A DNA stretch of 64,000 nucleotides, taken from NCBI GenBank assembly GCA_977030845.1, contig OZ365114.1:14570001-14634000 (forward strand), in the 5' to 3' direction. The stretch is from Fimbriosthenelais zetlandica (lineage: Eukaryota). A program made the translations under genes and the position numbers. Below, piece after piece: positions 1-14,012 of the stretch. The notes beneath the pieces are model-generated. The model saw nothing but the letters and a program-made list of their open reading frames with translations. It was not told the DNA's origin and searched no databases. Within the stretch, counting starts at the first letter, position 1. Each line of letters begins with the position of its first letter.

Positions 1-3000
1 TGCATGCTAATGAGCCAGCCGACCAAGTCCCCGGATTTTCCTCTTAACTCCTCCTGAATGCGGACTCCTCCACCACCTTCTGTTTTCCCCATTTAGGGCT
101 TCGTTCATAGTAACACCACTACTTTATTTCTCCCACTTTTTTCTTGGGTTCATTGAAAAAACATGGGTGAACGTAAAACTTGAGATCAAGCTCCAAATGC
201 TCAACTAAGATGCAGAGGACACTGTGGAGAAGCTTTATGTTTCAGTTTTAATCATGATTCATGGCATCTCATTGACCAAGTTGCAAGAAGCTGGGCTGAA
301 AACCTGGTTTTGGAGCCTTGGCGAGTGACAATCGACCCAGACAAACATCATATCGAACCTATACAAGATTCTAACAGTGTTTCTGTAGGTGAACAGACAT
401 TTGGTACAAGGTTTTGATGCCAGGGGATATGTTCCTGTCAAGGCTAACGATTTATAGCATGGCAATACAGGCAATGTCGATTCTCATTCCTTTGCACTGT
501 TGCAATGCCAACAAATTCGATGCTTTAATGGCTCTGATTCTGCAACAAGACCTCTGGTAACAATAACCTTGGAAATACCAAAAAGGGAGGGTTAAAAAAA
601 CCTCACTTTCAAAGCGCGTTTGCAAAGACGATGTTATTAATCATCATTTACTTCCATTAGAGATCCGTAACAGTTTGTTTACTCACCTAACAGGAAACTT
701 AAAAGTGTTTTTTTCTTGTAATCCAAATAGACGGGGCTCTCAGGATAGAGTTCAGTTAAATGACAACCAAAGATTTGCTGACATAAGACGGGGTAATATT
801 CACGCTTATCACTTATTACTCTAAATACCCACAGCAAATTTTCCAACAGACAACAGCGGCAATTAGTTCCGTCTTCAGGGCCGTATCAGCCGGCAACACA
901 AAACGATCCTTTCAATTACACTAGAAGAGGACAGGAATAGTACCCACTACTAATGTTGACATTCTGAGAAATGTATGGCCTGGAGACTTCGTCTCTGTAA
1001 TAGGGACATATTGATTTACACCCAGGCCCATCAACAGTTAGTGCAATTTCATTAGAACTCAGTTAGCATTCCTTGGAAAAAGCAATGCATCATCGAGGGA
1101 TATATATAAGAAGGACGCTTGTAGCAGTCAGGAGGTGGCTCAGTATTAATCAGTCAAACCAAGTTTTATGTCTTATTACGTAGGACATTATCATACCCGA
1201 CTCCGCCAATGCTAATCCACGGATGCCACATTCATGTTGAACACACTGACCCTCTGGAATGAGCATTGACAATGGACGGGGATGGCATAATTAAATCAAT
1301 ATCTTTGAGCGCCTCCCTCCTGAAATGGGTAGCTCATACCTTTTAATTAACTATGACCACAACACTTAGAGTATAAAGGAGGATCTCACCATCTTTAATT
1401 ATTGGATGTCGGCGGGAGAAGCAATATATGTAATCAAAGGAAACAGTCGTAAAGTACCTTTTATACTGGCGCACATGCTGTGTTATAATGGGGCAAAATA
1501 CATCATAAGGGAGAATCTATGTGTTTTATGCTGCTATTGATAGTTCATTAGATCTAGTGGGAACCCTTTAAAGATGACTTGAGACTCATCTCGATTCATC
1601 AAAAAGACATTTCCAAGATATTGCTTGATTTGGGGACAGTGATTAGCCATTAGAGCTGATGGGAGATGAATGGAACGCACAATGTGTTGGAATATCAGCG
1701 AAGGACAAATACTTTAAAGCTTCCCAAATGCAGTCCTGCAGACAGTACAAGAATCAAGCCTTCCCTGTCTCCTGGTACTTGTGTGTACATAATGAACATT
1801 TGGGAGGAAATATTTACTTGCTTGCAAGTCTGTCGCTGTGGCCTGAAGCATCGATCAAGGGAGCTTATGATCAATATCGAGTGAAATATTGGGAGAATCA
1901 TCTCATATTGTGCCGCAGGGTTTCTTCTCTGTGATATCATATCCTGTATAACTCACAGGCAATGCCAGGCCAGGGCAGCCGTTTTGCAAAGGGCTGCCTT
2001 TGATGGCAATGTTGGCAACACATTCTCCAGATTGGTCGGAAATTCGAGTCTTCAGCGGACCTCTGTATCAGGGAACAGTCACGCGAGGGCTACACATGTT
2101 AAAATGCTATGAGGAATAATGTCGCCAATTCTGCTACACAGATAGGCTATCTCCATGGTATAGGCATGTATGAATGGGGCCCCGACCACCCCTCGTTTGC
2201 CGCTACCAGTCTGCGACCAACATTAAAGCACCCCACAATGTGCATGCAAACATAATTTATATAAGTCCAAACCACTGGTCGTCCACAACAATGAGGGCTA
2301 GTACATAAAGCATTTATGAAGCGGAATTCACTCAAAGGCTACTGGTCCATAAATCCCCAATGCCTTCTGCCGAGCAGACGTTTGGAAGGAAAAGAATCAA
2401 TAAATTTGAATTCATTTGCTCTGAAATTGATAAGGCTATTGTGGGAAATGGCGTAGCAAAAACACGAAAGATCTTGATGCATTTGTTGGGGATAATTTCA
2501 ATCAAATCAATTCAACCTGTAAACCCAAACACTGTGCGTCTGAATTTGGAATGTTAAATCAAATATTACATCAGTATGCAGTCGTGGGTTTTCCTATTTG
2601 ATGTGGATATTTTGAATTGTTAACATGGGGTAATTTTATATGCCTCATGTCATTACTTAACCATGGTAATTTGAGAGTTATGTAGTTTTTACATTACTCC
2701 CATTGCACACCAGAGCTAATAACACCCTTCCTCTTTTTAGTGTTCCCATGAGTGCAACTTTGATGTTAGTGATGCATTGAAAAACCCATCAACATTCATT
2801 TCACGTCACTCCACTGCTCAGAGCTAAATATTTTAGACTTGAATTTCAATTTAATTCGTTTTCTTAAACGACACAATTGCAGGTGAGTGCAAAAATTGCC
2901 AGTTTAAACAGCAATTCCCCCAGCTCAATTTGGCCTCAGGATTGCATGAAAAAGGGAAGCGTTTGCCATGTTTAGCTTATTGTACATTTATGAACACTGC

Positions 3001-5400
3001 ATTAAGCCTTAAAGACATATAGGCGATTTTCCCAAGCGCTGTATAGCTTAAACACATTTTCAGCCAATTCTCATTGTGTCTAAATTGGGTGAAGAAATTA
3101 TCACATGTCCCATTTTATTGAATGTACTCACATTTTCGTAAATTAGCAAGATTCAAAGGAGGAAGAAAAACTGAATTTTGCTACAACGTTTTCAAGCCTC
3201 AGGATGTGAATTGGTTCAGCCACTATTTAGGCTATTTTAATGAGGATGGGAGAAATGTGTATAAAGTCACTTAGTTATGACTCAAAGCAGGCCCTGGCGA
3301 AACTATGTGGGAAGTAGTAGTTAAGAATCACATTTTGCTTAAAAACATGATCTTTTAATTCTAGTTTATCTAGACAGGCACTCTGCCGAGCTTGTGCTCC
3401 CTTGCCTCTCTGGCTGACCAGAATGTAGATGTAGAGTTAAGTCTTGTTTGGTATGTCAGCAATGGTGAGGGTGGCCTTGCTGGTGGTGGGTGCTACGTTG
3501 TGAGCTAGCCAGCCTCTTCTCTTCCCATTAACCTAATGGGACTTGATAACTGGGCGCCAGAGAGCCACCTGGTCTGTGCTGATGGTACCAGCAAATCTGA
3601 CCACCGTAGCAACGCAATCAGTTTTTGCCACGAATTATTGCAACTATCATAGCAGAATTGCAACAGCCGGCAGGAATAGATTTGTTTTATGGGACAGTGG
3701 GCTCATACTTTGATCGGAATGCAGACACATTATGTTCTTCCCCCCTTAAGGCTGCCTTCAGTGGACCTGCCTTCTTCACTCTCTCATTGGTGTCTTGTTC
3801 ACACTCTAGTTGCCAACCTTACAGCTGCGGCCAACTGAGTCAAGGTATATCCCAACGGATCCAATATGGCCACTGTAGTCCTTAGGCTGCTTAACACTTC
3901 CCTGCTCTCCAACATGACACATTTCATGGTTTTTGATGAAAAACAAGCAGGCTGAATGGTCGTATATTTCTCTCACAGTGAGAGTATTTTGTTTACGGTC
4001 ACATGAGATTATCCAAGAAATTAACAGTTAACCAAGTATTAAGCGGCTAGTGACAATATTAGTATTTCATAGAATGAATGGTATAGGCTACTTGCGCCGG
4101 GCAAGGAGTCTGTATTCAAGGGCTTCAAAGCCAGTAGCCAGGGCTTAATCTTTGTGTGGGTTTCTCTCCACAGCTCCCCACTGACATGCTCAAAAGTTAT
4201 TCCATCTTCTGAGATCATTGTTTTGCGGCCCTGACCTTTGAGCCAACGACCTCCCATCGATCTGCCTTCAGTTAGGCACAGTTACTGGGGCCAAATCACG
4301 TCAGGCGCGAGGAAACGCGTGGAAGCGCAAGAGTACGCTGCGCCTCTCGACAAACCCAGTTTAATCAATCCTGTTCTGTCAGACTCTGGCGGAAAGCCTT
4401 TTCTATTTGCACGAAGAACTGTCCTCAGACTGACATTCGGACACTGCACTCGAGAATTCCTATAGGTTCTTCAAAACCTCCAACTGTCGTGTAAAAGATG
4501 TACAAATACCACCCTGCATAGAAGCTGAATGACAGTGACCGGGGCTGTTGCTGCGTATGCTACGATTACTGGGAGAATTTCTGATAACATTCCCTTGCCA
4601 TATGACAGTCAAATCCACTCAAATCCAGCAGTATATGACAGACAAATCAAGACACATTTCTTGGTCAACACATAGAAGTAGGAATTTTCCAACTAATATT
4701 TCGTTATATTTTTTGACCAGTGTGTTATTATACTGTCCAGATCATTTAAATGAAGCATCTATAAGACCATAATGGATGTCACATCGAAGAAGTTTTGTTT
4801 AGCTATATATGGTCACTGATAAATAACCTTACAAGCCCATAAATGTCATGAGAGTCACTGCATTTGGCAGATGCTTTTCCCAATATTTTAATTGTTGAAC
4901 CTTTCAAAACATTTCCTCGGGACTTCATGTGAACAAAACCTTCGTTTGGCAGATGTGTCAGCCTGCATATTTTCATGAAGGAATCACCATTGAAGACTTT
5001 CTTTACAGATTTATCAGTCTGAAAGAAACACAATCATTTGACTCTATGGCAGGACTAGCTGAGGAAGAGAGAGTAACATATGGTAACGTTGTAATTAAGC
5101 CGTGACTGTAAGGTTCAGACCTTGTCTTAGGACTTGATGGAGCCAAATCGCTTGTACCAGGTGGCCATAGCAATGATCCAGGATATAGTTCTTTACCATA
5201 CTTAGATACTGCTTGTTGGACTCTTGGGAAATCTCCTCCTTCCCTAGATCTGGTAATCGCAAATAAGACCCAAGAGGTTCACTTTTATTATGAGCAAGTT
5301 CCTGACCACAAACTCCTATTCAATACTACTACTAGTACCTGTAACCATTGTAAAAGTTCGGTCGGTGAAAGGGTCATGAGGGTACTTCAATTACAGCCAT

Positions 5401-5546
5401 CAACAATGAGTCCATTGCATAAACGTGTGAGCCCTCATAAAACATCATTTTGGCGAGGAAGCAGTAATTCTACATTGCATAAATTCGCAAGCGTTCACCA
5501 GACATAATTTTGGTTAGCAAGCAGTAATTTTTCATTGCATAAACTG
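5401..5546. repeat. Degenerate 60-bp tandem repeat, ~2.5 copies
   Basis: CATTGCATAAA recurs at 5413, 5473 and 5533. ACAT.ATTTTGG and AAGCAGTAATT also recur at 60-bp spacing. Confidence 0.75.
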
Positions 5547-7089
5547 GCGATTGGAAAGGAGGCAAAGCGGGCGACAATGTGGATATTGGAGATCCAGTCA
5601 TATTATGGCGCTCATTCGAGAAACCTATCAGTTGTAGAATACTTGCATCTTCTGCCAATGCCCACTTGTTCATCTGATAAAAAAAACCCATAGATCAGTA
5701 CATGGAAAATCAAAAAGCAGTTGTGTTTGATTGAGTAGAAGAAGGGTTGATTGTAACATAGTATAACAACAGCAGAAGTCTATCAATTGTCATCAATTTC
5801 TTATCTGGGGTTAAAAGCCGTTGGTTTAATGGGAGTCAGTTCCATTTCATTGCTTTTGGATTGCATGGAACGAGAACATGCCAGTTGAAAGCACGAATCA
5901 AGATGGGCCATTTCATTGGGAGCTTAAAACAACTGCCTACACTATGGCTCCTCACTGAAGCTTATGAGAGAGTGCCCACATTGCATGTTTTTAGGACAAT
6001 GTTATGCAAATGCCAGAGGCGTGTACACATGCTCGAGGCCACATAACTGTACACAAAACAATTTAGAATTTACCATGGCCTTTATTATTACATGATGATG
6101 AAATGGGCTAATTTAATGATGCATCTGCAGATGGATTTGAGCATATATATCAAGATGATAAACACATTCCCTTCTCCAAATTACATTTCATATCCATCAA
6201 CCTGATTGTCATCTGAATGTTGTTTGCCCTAAAACAGCACAAATTTCCCGGGTCAGACATTCAATGGCATTATACGACCTTTGACAGAAATGGCATGGTT
6301 ACCTTTCCTCATACAAATAGGCTGAAAAGCAGTGGATGGATTTTGGGTCTGTGATTAGATGCCAGGGAATCCAGAAGCCGGGTCAGGGCTTCATACATTA
6401 GCTGTTTTACGAGCTTCCTGTTAGAGGGTGGCTCTCTGGCAGGGTAACTGAGCATGAGTCATAACACGGGGTCATAGCCATCCTGGACTATTTAAAGGGA
6501 CTTCTAATGCTTGTGAAAGAGGCATGGTCTTGCATGTTGTCTGCCTTCACCAACCCTGCCTCTCCAGTCCCTCCAATGTTAATGTGTACCATTAGCATGA
6601 TCTGTGCTCTGCTACTACAAGTTGGTGAGCTCAATCTACAAGCCTTTAGTCAGATCCAGAGCTGCTCTCATGCCAATCGCTCATCGCTGGTTTATCGGCT
6701 TAGCAACTGTAATGCAATACCAGGCAGTCGCCAGGCAGTCGTCCAATGGTCACTGGATGTGACAGAGCGAGCACAGTGCCTGGTGTCAATACACAATATT
6801 TTAGCATTGTAAAGATGAAGGTTAAAACCTATCGGCAATTCAGGACCCCTTTACAGGGCCTCTGGATCTCAAAGGGTTTGTAACAATTAAAGTAATTATT
6901 GATAAAAGGAAATATCCATTGAAGGCTGCAGTTCTGAGAGGAAAATCTCATTAGTCTAATGGCCTTGGTCAATGAAATGTTCATCAATGAACTGTTCATT
7001 TGAGCTGTCTAAAATAATACTTTGACGCTGCATTAAACTGTATGATTCATTTGAGATCTAACCAACGTCTTGTTTCAAGTTAGAAAATC

Positions 7090-7330
7090 AATGACCTCTT
7101 TTCCTGCGTAAAGTTACTTGTTTTTCTTTGCTCCCAACAGGAGGTCATATCTAGAAGGGTGGCAAGCTTGGAACAAATGCAGTTCTTCTGAAAATAGTTA
7201 TTGCCGCTTCTGTATTCATTCATGCACGATCTAATATTAGTGCTCCATCGTTTCAGGATGGATAGGATTTTAAAGAGTGTTGAAAAGGCCAGGCACAAAC
7301 TTGTGGGAATTGTGCAATCTACGGGAAAAT
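7090..7330 (+). mobile_element. Possible decayed DIRS tyrosine recombinase fragment
   Basis: KLLVFL...ISRRVASLEQM (7111-7179; cf. KTxFLxAxxSARRVSELxAL). Confidence 0.25.
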
Positions 7331-9067
7331 ATTAGATTTAGACCATCCCAAAGAGACTGTGGCATGTGATGGACCTTCCCGTGTCTGATTTAAGTTTCAA
7401 TGGCTCTGAGCCACCTGCTGCCTCCCAGACACATTATTTATGTCAAGCTGCTATTTGTTCTGATTACACGGATTTCCTCATCAGAGAAGTGTCCCTATTA
7501 CCCAACACGTTATGATCAAGGGAAAAATAAGGGCCCAACATGGGGGTTTACATGCTATCTCCTGTAATAAAGCAGGAAGGGCCCTCGGCTATAAATGCCT
7601 CTTGGTGGGAGTATCCCATATCCCCACTGCTTGATGGCAAAATACATCGGTAAATTTTCCCTTATGGAATAGGAATTTAGAGGCAATGACCCAGGTCCTT
7701 TGTATGATATTGAATGAAGGGATGCCTGTAAGTGCATAACATCATTTTGCCGGCGTATATGGGATGATATTACAGACACTGTGATGCAAGGTTTGTCGGA
7801 GATCATGACTCTGCAAGCCTCCCATAGAAATGCAGCCTTTGCCATCCCACCCAGGCCTTGTGTATTGATAACGGGCTAGGAGGTCCTCCGCTCCAATAAA
7901 TCCTGGCTTTTCACACCCCAGCAGACTCATCATACCACTCTATTGCACCCATCGTGTTCAGAGATTCTAGCAATTCACCCCTGGCCTATGGGGCCAGGTC
8001 CTACGTTTCATCCCATGGTGAGAAATCTCTATAAATCGTAGGACCCCTCCCACCTGACAAGTTTGTAATCAAGATGGTGCTAACTATGGCAATCACGCCT
8101 TGTCTACGAGTGCTAAATTATCATCCTAGGCTCCTCGCATGGAAAACATGTAGTACAAACCAGGTGACGTCACCGAGTTGTGTGTATAACGTCATCGCTA
8201 CCATCCATCAGAGTGGGTGGGTGACTGCAGTGGAGGCGAAGAATATCCGACTACCAGGGTTCGTGGGGAGACGAATGGGCTGTCCCCGATGGCATGGGGA
8301 CATGATCCCACATTTTGATGTCATAATCTAACGCAGGGCAAGGAGGTATATCAGGTGGCGAATCCTAGCACTTCCAGCCCCTACTTAGCCCAGCAACATG
8401 TCCCCGATTCCAATGCCTGGGAGTTATGTTGATTTAGGTGTTCCCTATCACAATATAGCAATCCGAATGTTACTTCAGTGCTGCACACCTGCATACCTTT
8501 TAAAGGTCCGAAATAGCAAAGGTCTAAAAAAGAAACTCATCCAAAACAGTTTAACCAAGAAATTTAGTCATCATGAGCCCTGGCGGATTTAGCAATGCCG
8601 ACGGGAATAATGTCTGGCACAATTTAATCCTTTGGGCTGAAACTTCATCCTGAATAACATGGCCATATTCTATCTTAGTAATATTCTACAGTCTCATCTC
8701 TACAGAGGTATTACTCTGTTCCCCGAGGGACTGCACTCAGCATCTCCTACATCATGGGGTGCTTTCCATAAGAAATCTGTAGTGTAAAATGAACAGTAAA
8801 AGGGATATTTTAGTGGGGGCCTATCGACATTATTCCCTACTTTAGGAAACACATTTCCACTCTTCTGTCTGGATTTCAACATCCCCTCGTTTCAGCCTCA
8901 CCCCATGGGAACCAACAAATGGCAGAACTCATTTCTCTAATCTTCGTACCTTCTGTATTTTGGATCATGGTGATTTATTTCTGTTTTATATAAAAAGTTG
9001 CCAAGCGGCATCTACTTCGTAGCTTCAGAGTAAAAAAACATCTCGCCTTTGGGATAGACAACATAAC

Positions 9068-9083
9068 ATATATATATATATAT
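9068..9083. repeat. (AT)n microsatellite
   Basis: ATATATATATATATAT. Confidence 0.85.
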
Positions 9084-10939
9084 GGCTTATAAATGGGAAT
9101 TCCATATTCGAGAGGCTTATTATGTACATGGTTACATAAAAGAATAGACCCTTCTATAATTTTGTATACATATATCAGATATAGGTAAACTTTAGTAATT
9201 ATACTTGAATGTATGAATCGTACATGAGGAGTTAAAAGAGCAATTGAACTGCAGTACCTTAACATTTGCACAGTAAAACGTTTTACATAGATCTCTGCTA
9301 AGGCAGTAATAGTAAAACAAAGAATCCGGCTTAGGGACAATAGTGCATAGATCCTCCGAAAGAGACAAGGTCAAGTGGTAACATAAATGAGTGAGTTAAG
9401 GCGGCCATCACATTGGATGTTAATTATATTAGGACGCCATCCCAGGAGGTAGACACTATAGTAGGGGAGAGCGACCCTCGTCTGGGGTGCATCTCAGCCA
9501 TTTGCTGCTCCCTGATCAACCCCTAATAGCCCGACTACCAGTTATAGCCATCGTCACCAATGGCAACGGCCAGGATCACAAGACCTTCTCCTAACTCCAT
9601 CCCTGCAAATCTGTCATGACACAGGGAAATCAGGAGATACTATGCATCCTGTACTCGGGAGAGGCTCGCGGAAGGAGAATGTAAATAGTCCGTTGGGTGC
9701 CATCTGATAATCCCACTGCCTTCGCAATAAACTACCTAAAGATTCAGATCCAGACTCATTTACGTTTTACTAGCAGCGATAACGAAGTAAATGATAGAGA
9801 AAATCCAGTAGGCTTGACCTTTCTATCATTCAGCACTGCCTTGTTTAGGCGTTTTCACATGTTGGGATACCCTCAAATGGTTATTTCGGGGGATTTCCGA
9901 AAGTCGAAACCTCAGCCGCTAGGCACAATGATTGGTACTGCAGAAATTGCGAGGAGGAAAAAAAACTGAGTTAATCAACCAAAAGCATTGCTTTTAAACG
10001 CTACTGACCCAGGCCTCTTCCTGCATTGGGCTTCCTGATAGGCACAAAAAAGGGAGAAAAGCTGATTTAGTATTTTGGCCCAGTTCCTTCCTACCCAATC
10101 CTGGCGGTGGGGAGAAGGAACTTCAGCGGATGGGGAAAATGTTGTGGTACTGGGTTACCTATGGTACATGGGGCATTCTTCTTACCAAGGAGATAGCAGA
10201 TGCTCCAGTAGGAACTGATAAGCATCGGCTTACCCACTGCCAGGATCCCAACACAGGTTATCAGTAATTCCTCACGCTAGAAACCTGCCTCATCCTCACA
10301 GAATACGAGCAATATGATATGCTTGTATTACACTGTATTAGTAAGGCCCCTTCTTGTTGGCTTCACTTGGTTTATCTAATACATGATAGGCAATATAAAT
10401 TGACAGTGTGAACTGGATACCTCACAGAGGAAAGAGGAACATGAGAAAGGCATGTTAGTAACTGGGTTATCTGAGGAAGCCTTATAAAACCAGGTTGCAT
10501 CAGACTACCACATCTTTTGTGTGAGAAATTAATTAAGGGAACGAGGGATCTCCAACCCACGCAAAAACGTTAAACGAGTCTCGTTTAGGTTGAAAAGGAA
10601 GGCTGTGCACTAAATAAAATATTTTGAACATGTCATTCCAATACTGTGTACAGAATTGAAATAAATGCCATGCATTTATCCAAGTTGAAGTTAAAAATGA
10701 TTAGATTTCATTTATACAATGGTAACACCTTGTGGCCAGCTCTTTTAGAGTTTCACCTCTAACAACAAGGCAATGTTGGTATAATCATTCTATGTATTGC
10801 TCACATAGGACCTGAAACGCATGTAATATACCCCGCTCATTTGCAAGGAGAGGAAGATTTTAAGCCTGATGGCCAGAGGGAAATTAAATGAGGAGTTCTC
10901 ATGTTTCTGGGTCAGTTTGGGGAAGGGCAGGATGCGGAA

Positions 10940-11650
10940 GAGCCAATCAAGTTGCCTGCTACAATTAGGGGGCTTCTGATTAGAAATACCCATAAAATGG
11001 GGGCAACTTTCTGCTTTCATTATCCTCAACATAACAGCATCATACCAGGGCCCATCATGGGCTCTCTTTTCATCCCCTCTAAACCACCAGCATTTCTAAC
11101 AACAAATCCAATTTTTCCTTTCAATCACTGTTGGAAACTGGCTGGCGATGCGATAGATAAGGCTGGAGGAAAAATCCAATAGGAATTCATGTCCAACATC
11201 GACAGTACATTATCATTTCACTGGTAGCATCGGAGAAGGAAGTGTTTTGATCAAATCTAAACCTAATTTTCCACTGCCATGAGGACAACTGTCCCCAAAA
11301 GAATTGATGGATGCCACCGGAATAGTTACCCTAAAAGAAGATGTGATGCTCCAAGGGCATCTACGCAATCTGCGAGAGTGAAGCAATCACAAGTGTTTCA
11401 TCTTCTGAGAGACCTAGCACCAGACATTTTGAGGTATATTGATGATGTTATAATTGCACCTGATGAACCTCAATAAAAGGGAAGACAACGTTCATATGTT
11501 CTCTTTACATTCTGTATCGACTGCTTCTACGTATATTGTATAAGTCAAGGATTTGTATATTAGTCAGTCGGTGAACTTCCTTTGCTTACAAAGACATCGT
11601 ACATTTTGCACAAAAACAGTGGACGGAAGTAGTCGATAAAACTTAGGCCT
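10940..11650 (+). mobile_element. Decayed LTR-type reverse transcriptase (retrovirus-like or Gypsy)
   Basis: NPIFP...WKL (~11100), VMLQG (~11345; cf. LPQG/MPQG), LRYIDDVII (YIDD at 11435-11446) and SVNFL (~11570; cf. VxFLG) occur at RT-like spacing across frameshifts. Confidence 0.5.
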
Positions 11651-12199
11651 GTACAATGCTCGGTGCAGCTTCTACTTAAATACGTACTGTCACTCACACA
11701 TTTGGATTGTGACTGCATTTAATGGTCGCAGGATGGCTGCCTCCCATTCTCAATGAGATAAAAGTAAGAGTAGAAATTTTTTATTGCATGTCCCTCTGCA
11801 ACGAAATATTCTTCTATGACTTAGCGACGATGGACTAAAAGCTGAAGCAACACTGAATGATTGAACTCATCCTAGTTCGTGATCATCAACTGACAGCCCA
11901 AAAGGGGGCACTGATGTCACTAAATTTAGGTCCCCTAAAAGCTGTGGTGTTGTGTTACTAATTTAACAAACCCATCAGGCATTAGCCGGAACAAACCCAT
12001 CCAGTGGCCAGACATAAGCGGACTCAGACCCAGAGAGACAATGTCTGCATGAATCAATTTGTTCTGACAGGCACAATTCGGTGAAATAGAAAATCCACAG
12101 CTATCCGCCTAACATTTTTTTTGTTATCTGGTTTCCCCTGAATCATTAATTACCAGAATTGAAACGAAAGGACCATTTTACCAACATCACTTTTCGGTG

Positions 12200-12650
12200 T
12201 GTTTTCCATGACAAAGCAGTTATAATACCGACTGCACCCTTACACTGTTTTCATTGATAAATACACAACGTATGGAAATAGACCTAATCTTATTATTTGA
12301 AATTTTGCTCAGGGAATATTAGGAAAAAATGTCTCTAGTTTAATTGCATGCCAAGTAAAAGTTTTCAGCATTTGTTGTGCAGCAATAACCGACATGCGAT
12401 CACCCTTTTATTCCGATTGTGCATGTTTTTCAAAAGCCTGATTGAAGTCGGCTTTTTGTTAGAATACAAATGTATGCTTTTATTCTGTAGGAACAAAGTG
12501 GCTTTGCACAAATGCTTTCACTTCTGAAAATGACCATCACTGATTGGTTTTTCATGTCCCAGTACATATCACAAATCATGCGACCGTGTTGGGTTTTTTT
12601 ATGATGAACATTTTATTGTAATTGCTCATGATGGTTTATTCAATCACATC
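12200..12650 (-). mobile_element. Decayed LINE reverse transcriptase fragment
   Basis: ADFNQAFEK (12426-12452; cf. DxxKAFD) and V*GC...FVMEN (12201-12245; cf. QGCPLSPLLFxxxME), about 70 codons apart. Confidence 0.3.
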
Positions 12651-13976
12651 AGCAATATGAAGGCACCATCTCACCGCTCTGGGATTCTCTCTAATCAAAT
12701 GGAATTAATCCCATTAATAGAGGGTTTCAAAAGGATACAATCGAATATCAATGAAACACGAACAACCACAAAAGAGGGGCTGCATCCATTAAGGAGTTCA
12801 TTGTAAAAGCAATATGGCACGCTGTAGTCAGTTGTCGGGTTCTCTTGACCCAGCAATAAAGGTCTACTAATTGATGGTCATAATATCGAATGAATAAAAA
12901 ACCAATACTCTACAAACATGACAAAAATACAAACTAGACAGAAAGCTGTTTCAGAAGTTATTGCCTACAACAAATTTGTTGACATAAAGTCTGCCAAATT
13001 GTAAAAACATGTGCAAGCATCCGAGATTAATGTCATTTTTCACCATAATGCGCTATATTATAAATTCAAGAATGTGTTCATCCGTCGTGAAATATGAAGT
13101 CAGCTTTCTTTCCATACTGTTGACATGACTAGTAGAACATCTTGACACATGATAAATCCTGCATACTAGCAGGACGCCATTCCCCGGTCCAACATCTAGG
13201 CAAGTTTCATGATGGATGTCCCCGCAATCATATTCGCAAGCAAAAAATCTATCACCGGGCGAAGAGATTGGGCTGCGAAACTAATATGGCAACAATCTTC
13301 TCTGGGTCCTTTTAGATCCCAAGCTTGCAGCCTGGACATATACCAGAAAGCCTCCTCCGCCTTCTTTGGGTTTTTACCCACTGCCATATCAGAGTCTAGT
13401 CCTCTTCTCTCCTATCCACCTCTCTTCTCAACCCTTCACAGCTATTGACTCGCTCTTCTCCCTTCTTACCACTGATGAGATCATTCTTATTCACGCCTTT
13501 TTTCATTTGTTCATTTTATGAGCAGCTTCAATTTATATTCACAAGTCCGCCTGGTTAAAACTCGCCAGTCTTAGGCGTAAAAGCCCCACGGATGCTAAAA
13601 GGATAGCAGTTATCAGGGCTATAATATCAAATGAAGACTTTCTATAGTGTGACGAGAGCGAGGGGATGTGGCTTCCTCTTTGCAGCAAATCGATCTGAAT
13701 CGCACACACAAAAAAGAGGGCAGGGTACTTTAAAGAGCTATGTTTATCCCCTCTGCCTCCATAGCGTGTCATCCATCATGGAGGCTTCCCGCAAGATACA
13801 GATGACTGATATGAAACTTTTATATGTGATAATCGATAAGTGGTCATTTTACACTTTTGACATGCAGAGGTTCCAATGTGCTATCCACATGAGAAAAAAA
13901 ATCCCAGCTTGCAACTATTTCTGTTGATAATGGGACTCATCACCATGGCATGCAGTGCAGGTGAGATGGAAGTTTA

Positions 13977-14012
13977 TTCGAAACGAAATTCGAAGCGAAA
14001 TTCGAAGCGAGA
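13977..14012. repeat. 12-bp CpG-rich minisatellite x3
   Basis: TTCGAAACGAAA TTCGAAGCGAAA TTCGAAGCGAGA. Confidence 0.85.

Noticed and set aside
10940-11000. Integrase zinc finger upstream of RT (Gmr1-like order)
   Set aside because: LIRNTHKMG lacks a convincing second His and CxxC. It is more simply read as pre-RT sequence.
13977-14012. Heat-shock element
   Set aside because: GAA/TTC spacing is 0-1 nt, not the nGAAnnTTCn register.
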